Assembly (NCBI GenBank): GCA_963798485.1
Contig: CAWCTR010000007.1
Coordinates: forward strand, 96,001-160,000
Reading direction: 5' to 3'
Length of the DNA stretch: 64,000 nt
DNA from: an uncultured delta proteobacterium
Lineage (GTDB): Bacteria; Desulfobacterota; Desulfomonilia; UBA1062
The notes under the pieces were generated by a model. That model ran no database searches. It was not told where the DNA came from and saw only the letters and a program-made list of their open reading frames with translations. Below, piece by piece: positions 20,936 through 29,709 of this stretch (position 1 is its first letter; each line of letters starts with the position of its first letter). The translations under genes were made by a program, and so were the position numbers.

Positions 20936-22432
20936 TCATGAGATCCCATGAGAACCAACATTCAGATGCTCCCCCACTTCAAGCTGGAAAAATTGCGAGG
21001 GGTCAATTCCAAGTTGAGAGAAGTGAATACTCCTCACAATATTCCTTTGTGGTGTTGTTTCATCTATTCCTTGGGCTGCTAAATTAACCGGTTCACCCCG
21101 GGTCTTGCCGCCGTTGCCATCATCAACGATGAGCATAATCAAAGGGAGGCCCTTTTCGGATTCATCCGGGTAGTTCATAACTATACCAACTTCTCCTCCA
21201 TCCAGTTCCACTATTGAGCCGATAGGGTATATCCCCATCATGTTTATAAAGTTCTTCAATAATATCGTATCAAAGCTTCTCCCCTTCTCGCCCCACATTC
21301 GTCTCAAGGCTTCATCAGGGGTGAGCGTGCTTGAATTATCGATCCGCTCCGATGTCAGTGCATCGTAGACATCGGCAATACGAAGGATTTTCCCAAAAAG
21401 ACTCAGTTCCTTCACAAAATGTGTCTTGGGATATCCGGAGAGGTCAGGATTCAGATGGTGTTCGAAGGGGCCGAGAATAATCCTCGACCTCAGGGAATGG
21501 GGTATCTCTAACTTGAGAATTTTTCTCACACTGATAAGGGGGTGTCTCCGTACGATTCCCCTCTCTTCAGTGCTCAGTTCATCTTGTTTAAGAGGGATCT
21601 CGTTAACAGCTTCCAATTTTCCTAAATCATGAAACAGTGCCGAGATCGCAAGGTACTCGAGAGAGACCGGAGACAAACCCACATGTCTTCCCAGGCATGT
21701 GGCAAGTAAAGCAACATTTACCGAATGGATATAGGTATGATCTTCATAGTCTTTCATGGAAGCCAATCTCAACATGAGTGAACTGTCCTCAGAGGCCAGA
21801 TCCACTATCGTCTGGGCCAGACGCCTTGCCTTACGGACCCCGGCATTATCTTTCGATGTCTTCTCGGCCATTTCTTTTACCATACCCAGGGCGAGATAGT
21901 AGGCATGCCGGGCATGTTCTGTGCTTTCTGCCTCTAGATCCTGCTCAGAAGTCTGCCCGAGATTCTGCTGGCTTTCATCTGGTTTTCTGAATATCTCCAC
22001 CCATGAAAATCTATTCTTCTCTAATTGCAGATCAAGCCAGCCGGGGGGATCCTCATGTTTGACGGATTCATCGAGGAGTCGTATGAACAATACAAGGTTT
22101 TCGGGTAAAGCTGTTTTTATGCCGGGAAGGAAACACAAACCCCCGAGTTCCCGTTTAGAAAAAAATCCCAGCATCTCGTTGATGATGTGGAATGTCTCTC
22201 TTTGATAAACAAGCTTCTCACCTTGTAAGTGGAATCTTCCTCGCCAGATCTGGATGGCCAGTTCTTCGTTCTCAGAGAGCTCTGAAACAATGGCATTGAG
22301 ATTGGTGACACAATCCTTGACCAGTTGATTGTTATCCTTATGAATCCTTACGGTACTGATAAAATGATAGAAGGTCTTGAGTAAATTACCTCCCAACAGC
22401 TCATGGTGCGTCTTCTGATCAGACAAGGTCAT
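20936..22432 (-). CDS. HD-GYP domain protein
   Basis: HSVNVA, HDLGK, EHH...SGYP, IADVYDALTS. Confidence 0.88.
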   Translation of the reverse strand: MTLSDQKTHHELLGGNLLKTFYHFISTVRIHKDNNQLVKDCVTNLNAIVSELSENEELAIQIWRGRFHLQGEKLVYQRETFHIINEMLGFFSKRELGGLCFLPGIKTALPENLVLFIRLLDESVKHEDPPGWLDLQLEKNRFSWVEIFRKPDESQQNLGQTSEQDLEAESTEHARHAYYLALGMVKEMAEKTSKDNAGVRKARRLAQTIVDLASEDSSLMLRLASMKDYEDHTYIHSVNVALLATCLGRHVGLSPVSLEYLAISALFHDLGKLEAVNEIPLKQDELSTEERGIVRRHPLISVRKILKLEIPHSLRSRIILGPFEHHLNPDLSGYPKTHFVKELSLFGKILRIADVYDALTSERIDNSSTLTPDEALRRMWGEKGRSFDTILLKNFINMMGIYPIGSIVELDGGEVGIVMNYPDESEKGLPLIMLIVDDGNGGKTRGEPVNLAAQGIDETTPQRNIVRSIHFSQLGIDPSQFFQLEVGEHLNVGSHGIS

Positions 22433-22438
22433 TCTCCA

Positions 22439-24115
22439 TCAGTCTATGACTTTTCGGGCTATACGCCTGAGGCTTGGGTAAAAACTTCTGCCGGCATCTT
22501 CCAATACCTGACGAGCTTCCTTTGTTCCGATTTTGCTCAGTGCAATAGCAGCACCCATCCGATGCGCCGTATTCCCGAAGGATGACAACCATCCGGTTCC
22601 GAACAGGGTCCGCCGGAGAAAAGGGATGGAACGCGAAGAACCACATAGCCCAAGGGCCGTGAAGCAAGCTATTACATGATCGTCATGAGTTTTTTTGGAT
22701 ATTTGGTTTTCAAGGTATTTCAGAAGGAATCTTTCGGCAGCCGGGTTACGTGACTGACCCATATGTTTCAGAATCAGACGGCGGATAGACTCGTCTTTGT
22801 CATCAATGAGGTTAAAGACTTCATTAATATGTGCAGGGTCTCGCTGGAATATTCCCTTTAATGCCTCTTGGCGTATACGTTCTGATGAATGGCGAACGAG
22901 ACTCATGAAAACTTTTAAGGGCCGTTCTCCCTTCAGAGAGGCTAACACGCGGATGAGGCTTTGCACCAGCTTTTCATCAGGGCTTTTGAGCAGGGTCTCC
23001 AGGGGGCGCATATCTCGAGAAGCCAGTGAGATCATCGCCTCCAGGAGCAGTTGTTGAAGCTGTACGGATTGATTCTGCTGTAACATGAGGCCAAGGGTAC
23101 GAATGGCCTCTGGTTGAAGAAACTTGAAAATCTGTTTGATTTTTTCGAACCGGCTTGCATCAATGTTCGACCAATATTCTTTTAAAGGGTCAAGTGATTG
23201 CGGACTGGAGATGGTAAGGAAAAAGTTCTCAATAAATTGAACGGCTTTAGGAACTATTTCCGCCTTACACGTATCGAGTGCATACTGCAAATTCTCCAGG
23301 ATCTCGATTGTAGCGTTGAAGTCTCCTCGAGCTAGTGAGCCTTTGAACTCATCCTCCAGCACATTGAGGATAACCTCGAAATTCTCTTGTTCTCTATACT
23401 GGAGAAGACTATCGAACAATGCATTTAAATAAGCTGTCGAGGTCCTGGCTTCCTCAATACGAACCATTGTCTGCATCATAGCCTTTTCTTGCTGGGTAAG
23501 CGCAACCGAGGCTTGATCTATCGGGGGGTCGGTCTGAGGTGTCCAATCGGCAGACAAGTTCCTTTGAGGCACTACACGACCTTTACTTCCCGAATCGAGG
23601 GAAGGGGTATTGGTTGCTTCTTGATCGACTCCCCAAGAGAAATCCGCTACTTCGTATTTCACATGCCGGAACCTGGTTTCCCAAAAAACGGTTACGATAT
23701 CGCTGTCTGATTTATCTGATAATATACTATATTTGTTAATAATACTTATGAATTTTTTTACTTCTTCAGCGTCTATCCCGTCTGTAAATTCAAGCCATCT
23801 GATCCCGTCACGAAAAAGGGTGAATGAAAGCGTCCCTTCTTCAGGGGGCTCAGAAAGGATTACCTCACCTTGGGAAACGATCTGATCCTTTTCTATCTCG
23901 AACCTCAGGTTGCCATAGTTACGGAGATATGTCTCGATTTGTATATGGAGATGTTCTAATGCATTCACACAGATCGTGTGATCTTCAGGGTATAACGAGT
24001 AGTGTTTCCTTGTGAGAAGCAGGCTTGTCAGCACTTTTTTTGCATCCCCCGACTTCTCGACAACAGGGCCGGTGCCCGCTGTTTTCAATTGTCTTTCTTC
24101 GATATTTGCCACCAA
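22439..24115 (-). CDS. HEAT-repeat domain protein
   Basis: N-terminal SLYPEDH motif and C-terminal helical repeats (LIDDKDESIRRL, ALGLCG, ALSKIG); 6 bp upstream of the HD-GYP gene. Confidence 0.75.
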   Translation of the reverse strand: MVANIEERQLKTAGTGPVVEKSGDAKKVLTSLLLTRKHYSLYPEDHTICVNALEHLHIQIETYLRNYGNLRFEIEKDQIVSQGEVILSEPPEEGTLSFTLFRDGIRWLEFTDGIDAEEVKKFISIINKYSILSDKSDSDIVTVFWETRFRHVKYEVADFSWGVDQEATNTPSLDSGSKGRVVPQRNLSADWTPQTDPPIDQASVALTQQEKAMMQTMVRIEEARTSTAYLNALFDSLLQYREQENFEVILNVLEDEFKGSLARGDFNATIEILENLQYALDTCKAEIVPKAVQFIENFFLTISSPQSLDPLKEYWSNIDASRFEKIKQIFKFLQPEAIRTLGLMLQQNQSVQLQQLLLEAMISLASRDMRPLETLLKSPDEKLVQSLIRVLASLKGERPLKVFMSLVRHSSERIRQEALKGIFQRDPAHINEVFNLIDDKDESIRRLILKHMGQSRNPAAERFLLKYLENQISKKTHDDHVIACFTALGLCGSSRSIPFLRRTLFGTGWLSSFGNTAHRMGAAIALSKIGTKEARQVLEDAGRSFYPSLRRIARKVID

Positions 24116-24188
24116 TCCGTCCCTCTCAAGTATTGCCCGGCCTTTTACTTCTCGTCATGATCTTTCCTCACATACTATGTATCGGAAT

Positions 24189-24425
24189 ATGCCCACCCAG
24201 ACTATAAAGGGAATAGGATCGGAATTAATCTCATCACTGTTCAACATTCAAGGCCAGGGAGGAACAGGGTCGGATAATTCTATTTACAATTTACTGAGTA
24301 GTAACCAGGGATCGAGTGCTTCAAACAATTCCCTATACAATCTCTTGCTGTCTGATGAGAACACAAGCACTGAGAATTCGGCCTCCCAAACCACTCCCGG
24401 AACACAGGTGGATCAGACAGTATAA
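24189..24425 (+). CDS. Small Ser/Asn-rich hypothetical protein
   Basis: 78-aa ORF with internal repeat (NSIYNLL / NSLYNLL) and C-terminal GTQVDQTV; no clear RBS. Confidence 0.45.
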   Translation: MPTQTIKGIGSELISSLFNIQGQGGTGSDNSIYNLLSSNQGSSASNNSLYNLLLSDENTSTENSASQTTPGTQVDQTV

Positions 24426-24557
24426 GTATCTCCTACCGAATCCAGCGTCTTTGTAGACAAATTCCATGCTTCATCCGTCTTACCGAATATTACAGCTTTA
24501 TTAAGGGCATATATGGAGTCAATCAAGTTAAAACACTACTTAAAGGAGGATATCAGT

Positions 24558-26450
24558 ATGAAAGAGAGACTATTTACAGCATGGAAGGGAATTGCTTTCA
24601 TCCTGTTTTTGTCCTTGATCTTTATCATACAGGGGTGCGGAAGCAGTGGCGGGGGATCGAGCTCAGGAAGTGATGCTTCTTCAAGTTCAGGCCAGGCCCT
24701 GATCGGCCTTACCGATGCCGCAGGGGATTTCGTGACCTATCAAGTGGATGTAACCTCTCTCACTCTGACCAAAGCCAATGGCGCCGTGGTCGAGACGCTG
24801 CCTCTGAAAACCAGCGTGGACTTCACCCAGCTTACGGACATGACGGAATTTTTAACCGCAGGTACGGTACCGGTCGGTAACTATACCAGTGCCGTCCTCA
24901 CGTTGGACTATTCAAACGCTATCATCAGTGTGGAGAACTCATCAGGAGTTGCCGTACAAGTCCCGGCTTCGAATATCCTTGACGAAGACGGCAACCCTAT
25001 CACACAGCCGGTCCAGGTCTCGGTGAATCTGGATGTATCTTCCCTCACCATCGCCCCGGGGGTGCCGGCACATCTCTCTCTCGACTTTGACCTTGGAGCA
25101 ACGAACATCGTGACCTTTGCTGCGGATGGAACACCCTCGGTGACGGTAACCCCGATTCTCAAGGCCGATCTTCAGCCAAGCGCAGACAAAATCCAGCGCC
25201 TGAGAGGCGCGTTACAGAATGTGAATGTAGCAGACAGCTCCTTCGATATTATCCTTCGTCCTTTTGCCCAAGACCTCGCGGTGCATGAAACGAGCTTTGG
25301 GGTAGTGAAGGTCACTGTCGATAGCAACACCGCTTTCAATATCGACGGGGTAACCTACACCACCGGCGGACTCCAAACACTTGCTGATCCTAAATATGTA
25401 TACTCGGGGGTCATTGCCCACGGTCAGTTCTCAACAACGCCGCAGCTCCACTTTGTCGCCACAGAGGTCCTTGCCGGCACAAGCGTACCGGGCGGCACCA
25501 TGGATGTAGCGAAAGGGACCGTGCTCAGCCGCTCTGGTGACGTGATTATACTCAAGGGTGCAACCATCATAAGGGCAGGTGGTAGCGTTGTGTATAATGA
25601 TAAGGTACAAGTAACATTAGGTAGTGGTACCAAGGTCAGTAAGCAGTTGTCTAAAGACAATACCCTCACAAAAGACGACATCTCGGTGGGCCAGTGTATA
25701 ATGGTATTCGGGGCACTTACGGGTACCGGTACCGGCAACCTCCAGCTTGATGCGAGAAGCGGTTATGCGCGCATGCTCCTGACCGTACTTATCGGAAGCG
25801 TGAAAACCGCTGACAGTGGAGGGGGGCTGGGAATGATCCTTCAGGCAATCGATTGGCGGAACATATCGCTGTTCGATTTCACCGGTACGGGCATTGATGC
25901 GGCCCATGATGCTGTCCAAACCAATTATATTGTGGACACAGGCACCCTGGACACCTCTGCCCTTATCACAACGACACCGATCAAGGTAAGGGGGTTTGTG
26001 AACCCGTTCGGAACAGCAAATCCCCCAACAGTCCCTGACTTTGAGGCACAGACCATTGTTGATGTCTCTGATGTGGTTGGCCTGATGAACGTGGGCTGGG
26101 GAGCAGGGAAGAAAGATGCATTCGGAGGTATTACCGGATCAGGCCTCTCATTAAATCTTGTGGATTCCGGGTTCTTCCATCGCATGAACAGGGTGGGGGT
26201 GATAACGGATCTGGATTCACTGTCAGTCACAACCCCGGAGATTGTTCCCACGGGAAACAGCACCGACCGGTTCCGCATCGACCAGGGCAGTGTCTCCCAG
26301 CTTTACACCTCATTCTCAAGCTTTGAGACCGATCTCCAAAAAAAGATAACCGCAGGTGCCAAGGTAAAGCACATCTATGCCTGGGGCACATTCAATAACA
26401 CCACCTCAACCCTGACTTCAGGGTATGTTATCGTGAACCTCAGCAGTTAG
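24558..26450 (+). CDS. Large beta-rich lipoprotein, DUF4382-like
   Basis: AGGAGG RBS, lipobox IQGC, Ser/Gly linker, LTDAAGDF and LDFDL motifs. Confidence 0.75.
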   Translation: MKERLFTAWKGIAFILFLSLIFIIQGCGSSGGGSSSGSDASSSSGQALIGLTDAAGDFVTYQVDVTSLTLTKANGAVVETLPLKTSVDFTQLTDMTEFLTAGTVPVGNYTSAVLTLDYSNAIISVENSSGVAVQVPASNILDEDGNPITQPVQVSVNLDVSSLTIAPGVPAHLSLDFDLGATNIVTFAADGTPSVTVTPILKADLQPSADKIQRLRGALQNVNVADSSFDIILRPFAQDLAVHETSFGVVKVTVDSNTAFNIDGVTYTTGGLQTLADPKYVYSGVIAHGQFSTTPQLHFVATEVLAGTSVPGGTMDVAKGTVLSRSGDVIILKGATIIRAGGSVVYNDKVQVTLGSGTKVSKQLSKDNTLTKDDISVGQCIMVFGALTGTGTGNLQLDARSGYARMLLTVLIGSVKTADSGGGLGMILQAIDWRNISLFDFTGTGIDAAHDAVQTNYIVDTGTLDTSALITTTPIKVRGFVNPFGTANPPTVPDFEAQTIVDVSDVVGLMNVGWGAGKKDAFGGITGSGLSLNLVDSGFFHRMNRVGVITDLDSLSVTTPEIVPTGNSTDRFRIDQGSVSQLYTSFSSFETDLQKKITAGAKVKHIYAWGTFNNTTSTLTSGYVIVNLSS

Positions 26451-26462
26451 TCTCAATCATGA

Positions 26463-26491
26463 ACGGGGCGTGCTTTAAATACACGCCCCGT
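26463..26491 (+). terminator. Hairpin downstream of the lipoprotein gene
   Basis: ACGGGGCGTG-N9-CACGCCCCGT perfect 10-bp stem; poor U-tract. Confidence 0.5.
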
Positions 26492-26572
26492 ATCCTGAAA
26501 AAAGCAATGCTTGACCCTGCGGCCTTCCAGGGATAAACCATTACACTTATTGGATCTGTGGAGGTAAAGGGG

Positions 26573-27073
26573 ATGAACGGGAAAAGGGTAAATGAAAGCA
26601 TGGTGTTGATGGCCCAGCTGATGACCCCTGAAGACGCCAATCCGGCAGGGAATGTCCACGGCGGGGTGATAATGAAACTCATCGATAATGCCGGAGGCAC
26701 GGTTGCTGCCAGGCATGCCCGAAACAATGTGGTCACAGCATCCATCGACCGTCTGAGTTTTCACAAACCGGTCTATATAGGGAACCTCATTACACTCAAG
26801 GCCAGCTTAAACATGGCCGGTACAACCTCCATGGAGGTGGGCGTGCGTGTAGAGGCTGAAAATCTTCTTACAGGAGAGGTGTGGCATACGGCATCGGCCT
26901 ACCTTACCTATGTTGCCCTGGATTCCAACTCGAAACCCATGAGGATTCCACCCCTGATCGTGGAGAACAATGAGCAGTCCCGGCGTTACCAGGAGGCCAA
27001 TGCGCGCAGAGAACTAAGGCAACTCGAAAAAAAGCGTGAGGCCGTTCGCCAGAAGGACGAGGGAAAGGGATGA
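26573..27073 (+). CDS. Acyl-CoA thioesterase (HotDog fold, YciA-like)
   Basis: DANPAGNVHGG, VTASID, GTTSMEVGV. Confidence 0.92.
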   Translation: MNGKRVNESMVLMAQLMTPEDANPAGNVHGGVIMKLIDNAGGTVAARHARNNVVTASIDRLSFHKPVYIGNLITLKASLNMAGTTSMEVGVRVEAENLLTGEVWHTASAYLTYVALDSNSKPMRIPPLIVENNEQSRRYQEANARRELRQLEKKREAVRQKDEGKG

Positions 27074-27180
27074 AGGTCGGGCCACAGTCTTTCATGGGAA
27101 GTCGAGGAGACCGGATTCTGCCGCTTTCTCCTTATTCTGAATATGTTCGGTTAGACCAACCTATCTTGATCCCGCAAGCC

Positions 27181-27759
27181 TTAGTCCGGCAATCCTGCAT
27201 CGACCTCATCACGCAACTTCTTCAAGTTCACTGCGAGCATGCGCGTCCACTCTCCCTCGCCGATCAGGCCACGATTCGAAGAAATCAGGTCCTCGAAGGT
27301 CACCTTTTCACTCTGCTCCTTTTTTAGGAGCTTGGCTCCCACAACAGACAAGGTCATGGTCGGTGTCAACAGCTTTACTTCAGGGAACTTCGGATCATCG
27401 TGAAACACGATGCAGAGGATATCCCCGGCCTCCATCAAGCTCTCTTCAGAAGCAGCTTCTTCTTCAGATTTTTCAATGGGGCGACCCTTATCATCGCCCA
27501 GAATGAAATATCTCCGGGGGACAGCGTAAACCTGAGACAGCGATGCCGCGTATGATCTCGATATTCCCAAGTCCAGCAACCGCCTGAACAGTTCAACAGC
27601 GTAGACATCGCCGCGCGTAAAGATGCCCCGGCTACCCTGGCCTTTGGCCGGGGTGTTCGGCGTGACAAACCCAAGCCTTATCCATTGGCGCAGCCTCTCG
27701 GGCTCAATATTCAACGCCTTGGCGACATGGCTTGATGAAAATTCATTGCGCTTATCCAT
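27181..27759 (-). CDS. MerR-type HTH DNA-binding protein
   Basis: VAKALNIEPERLRQWIRLGFVTP...GQGSRGIFT winged-helix pattern. Confidence 0.7.
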   Translation of the reverse strand: MDKRNEFSSSHVAKALNIEPERLRQWIRLGFVTPNTPAKGQGSRGIFTRGDVYAVELFRRLLDLGISRSYAASLSQVYAVPRRYFILGDDKGRPIEKSEEEAASEESLMEAGDILCIVFHDDPKFPEVKLLTPTMTLSVVGAKLLKKEQSEKVTFEDLISSNRGLIGEGEWTRMLAVNLKKLRDEVDAGLPD

Positions 27760-27770
27760 ATTTCCCTCAT

Positions 27771-27946
27771 GTTACTTTCTTTGCTTGCCCAAAGAAAGTA
27801 ACCAAAGAAAAGGCACCCCGCGAAACAGCCCCTTCGGGGTTCACTGCGGTGCTCGGGAAAATCCTGAAGCAAGCCAACTCGCTTCGCTCAAACATGGGCT
27901 TGCTTCTTTACGGATTTTCCCTGCGCTCCTCGCCTGTTTCGAGGGG
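27771..27946 (+). repeat. ~176-bp multi-stem intergenic element, copy 1
   Basis: Terminal hairpin GTTACTTTCTTTG..CAAAGAAAGTAAC plus nested stems; diverged inverted homologue at 30912-31093. Confidence 0.85.
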
Positions 27947-27979
27947 CCAAAAACCTGAGCAGCAAAAGCAAACCATCAA

Positions 27980-28059
27980 CTATTACTTTGTCCCACGGGC
28001 AAGCCCTTCGGGCTTAGCCCGTGCCACCCACGAATTTTATATATCTCTTCCAGGCCACC
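27980..28059. repeat. ~80-bp REP-like hairpin element, copy A
   Basis: CACGGGCAAGCCCTTCGGGCTTAGCCCGTGCCACCCA; direct repeat at 29121-29198. Confidence 0.85.
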
Positions 28060-28184
28060 TGACCGGTCGGGTTAACCAACATATATAATAGATCAATGTC
28101 TGGCACCGGTCAATATCGTGAACATTCCATAGTATGGAGACCATGGTGCCATCTTCGAGCGCTTGTTCGCCAAATCTATTCCGT

Positions 28185-28448
28185 CTATTCGTAATGAGTC
28201 CACATACGGATGACCTTTACTGCATTCATGTCATCCAGAATCTGGTACACCAGCCGGTGCTGGATATTTATCCTTCGGGAACATGCCCCTGATAGGTCTC
28301 CCAACAGTTTCTCATATGGCGGCGGGCTCTGGTAGGGATCTTCTTTGAGGAGCTCGAGCAGGCGTTGGGTTTGAGGTTTCAGGCCGGAGCGTGCGATCTT
28401 CTTAGCGTCTTTCTTGGCCTGTTTGGTGAAAATCAACCGCCAGGTCAC
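28185..28448 (-). CDS. yoeB: Txe/YoeB family toxin
   Basis: PPPYEKLLGDLSGACSRRINIQHRLVY...MWTHY. Confidence 0.93.
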   Translation of the reverse strand: MTWRLIFTKQAKKDAKKIARSGLKPQTQRLLELLKEDPYQSPPPYEKLLGDLSGACSRRINIQHRLVYQILDDMNAVKVIRMWTHYE

Positions 28449-28687
28449 CAGTCAATATCCTCTTCGCACTCCTCGATAGGGGTCTTAAGTCCCTCCTGGA
28501 TAGATTCGCGCATGCCGGGTATTGATGTGAGGTACAAGGTCTCCTGGATTGCACGCCAGTCTTCTTCAGAAACGAGGACTGCAGAATTCCTCTTCCCCAC
28601 TATTTGAACCGGCTCATGTGATTCTTTTACCTCATCGACAAGGCTATACAGGCGTTTCCTTGCTTGGGTTGCGGTGAGTGTCGGCAT
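28445..28687 (-). CDS. yefM: Phd/YefM family antitoxin
   Basis: TATQARKRLYSLVDEV...VLVSEEDWRAIQETLYL; 4-nt overlap with the toxin; AGGAGG RBS. Confidence 0.93.
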   Translation of the reverse strand: MPTLTATQARKRLYSLVDEVKESHEPVQIVGKRNSAVLVSEEDWRAIQETLYLTSIPGMRESIQEGLKTPIEECEEDIDW

Positions 28688-28705
28688 AGTTCCCAACCTC
28701 CTTTT

Positions 28706-28744
28706 CGTACGTCATATCGTACGCCCAGAGGCGGCTCATGTCAA
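28706..28744 (-). promoter_or_regulatory. Sigma70 promoter and probable autoregulatory operator of the TA module
   Basis: TTGACA (28744-28739), 17-bp spacer, TACGAT (28721-28716); two CGTACG palindromes at 28706-28711 and 28718-28723. Confidence 0.8.
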
Positions 28745-28754
28745 GATCTTTGAA

Positions 28755-28818
28755 GGCGAACGTCATGGATCAGCCGCGTGGGCAATAGCCCGCTCCCGAC
28801 AGGATGGGCTGGTTAGGC
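28755..28818 (-). mobile_element. Degenerate integron attC site
   Basis: Minus strand: GCCTAAC-5nt-CATCCTG...GCGGCTGATC-6nt-GTTCGCC, directly after the stop of an AT-rich ORF remnant. Confidence 0.65.
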
Positions 28819-28828
28819 ATAAACGTCT

Positions 28829-29100
28829 TCATTCATTAATCGCACCTGACCTTATTTTTCCGATGGTTAGTGGCTTTTGATAATATCTTTCTTTATTCTT
28901 AATACAAATTAGGCCGAAGCCTCTGCCTTTTGTGCCCATCAGACTTAATCGCCTTAATTCATTTATTGACCCTGAAACTATTATTCTATTTTCATAACAA
29001 TTCAATATCAATCATATCTATTAATAAATTGGTTTTATCTGGGAATAAGATTAATCTTCCAAAACACATCCTCTGATCAAGTTAACCAATAAATAGAAAC
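28829..29100 (-). pseudogene. 3' remnant of an AT-rich cassette ORF
   Basis: Markedly AT-rich; frame ends (TGA at 28829) 10 bp before the attC; no convincing start. Confidence 0.4.
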
Positions 29101-29120
29101 GTTCCTTTTTCTCTTTTTAC

Positions 29121-29198
29121 CTATTACTTCGTCCCACGGGCAAGCCCTTCGGGCTTCGCCCGTGCCACCCAGGGATTTTGTATCTTATCCAAGCCACC
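29121..29198. repeat. ~80-bp REP-like hairpin element, copy B
   Basis: Near-identical core to 27980-28059. Confidence 0.85.
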
Positions 29199-29200
29199 CG

Positions 29201-29620
29201 CGCGAGGGGCGAGTTCTTGCATCTTTTCAGGATGCTTAGCGAGGTATACGGTAAGCTCTTCGTTTACACTTGAGAAATCGGTAATGAGTGAAGGGGCTAT
29301 CGCTTCCTCATGGCGACTTTACATTAGCGGGAAGATATCGGCGAGTGGTACGTACTTCGTGTATCCTTGCGCGTCATGTTGATTAGTGTAGGGATAGTAA
29401 ACGATCCCCTTGGCTTTCTTATGCCTTTGGCGTGGCGCTCATTCTCGTCTTGTGATCAGCGCACAGAAACGGGCATGTGAAGTTCCTGTTCAAAGAATTC
29501 GTGCTTGTCGTGCAGGTAATAGTCATAGAGATACACCTCATACTCCGGTCTTTGTCCACATCTAAGAACAGTGCACAACGTATCTGTTTGGTATTGTATA
29601 TATCTCTTCGGAACCCTCAT
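29201..29620 (-). pseudogene. Broken cassette gene, probably an N-terminal domain leading into an Mrr-like restriction endonuclease
   Basis: Pieces in shifting frames: MRVPKRY...EYEVYLYDYY..EFFEQ / FTCPFLCADH / ENERHAKGIRKPRG / VYYPYTNQHDAQGYTKY..LM* then SLITDFSSVNEELTVYLAKHPEKMQELAPR, cut off by repeat copy B. Confidence 0.55.
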
Positions 29621-29630
29621 TCTGTAATCA

Positions 29631-29695
29631 TGCGAACACTCCACATCACCGGGAGGCCAGCTTTATGGCCGATGCGGTGCATGCAGTGGTTATAG
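29631..29695 (-). mobile_element. Integron attC site
   Basis: Minus strand: CTATAAC-5nt-CATGCAC-CG..GGCCA(TAAAGC)TGGCC..CG-GTGATG-6nt-GTTCGCA; the L boxes pair with one extrahelical base; 14 bp after the stop of 29710-30426. Confidence 0.8.
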
Positions 29696-29709
29696 AAATC
29701 ATTCGTCGT

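Noticed and set aside
27623-28088. ORFs of 111 and 118 aa crossing the structured element (also 30583-31255)
   Set aside because: They are translations of palindromic repeat DNA and are unlikely to be real proteins.
28118-28171. Complete third attC site after yoeB
   Set aside because: The R'' box (GGCGAAC) is clear but the L boxes do not pair; kept only as a half-site within the array finding.
27980-29198. Possible CRISPR array from the repeated hairpins
   Set aside because: Only two copies about 1.1 kb apart, no regular spacers and no cas genes.
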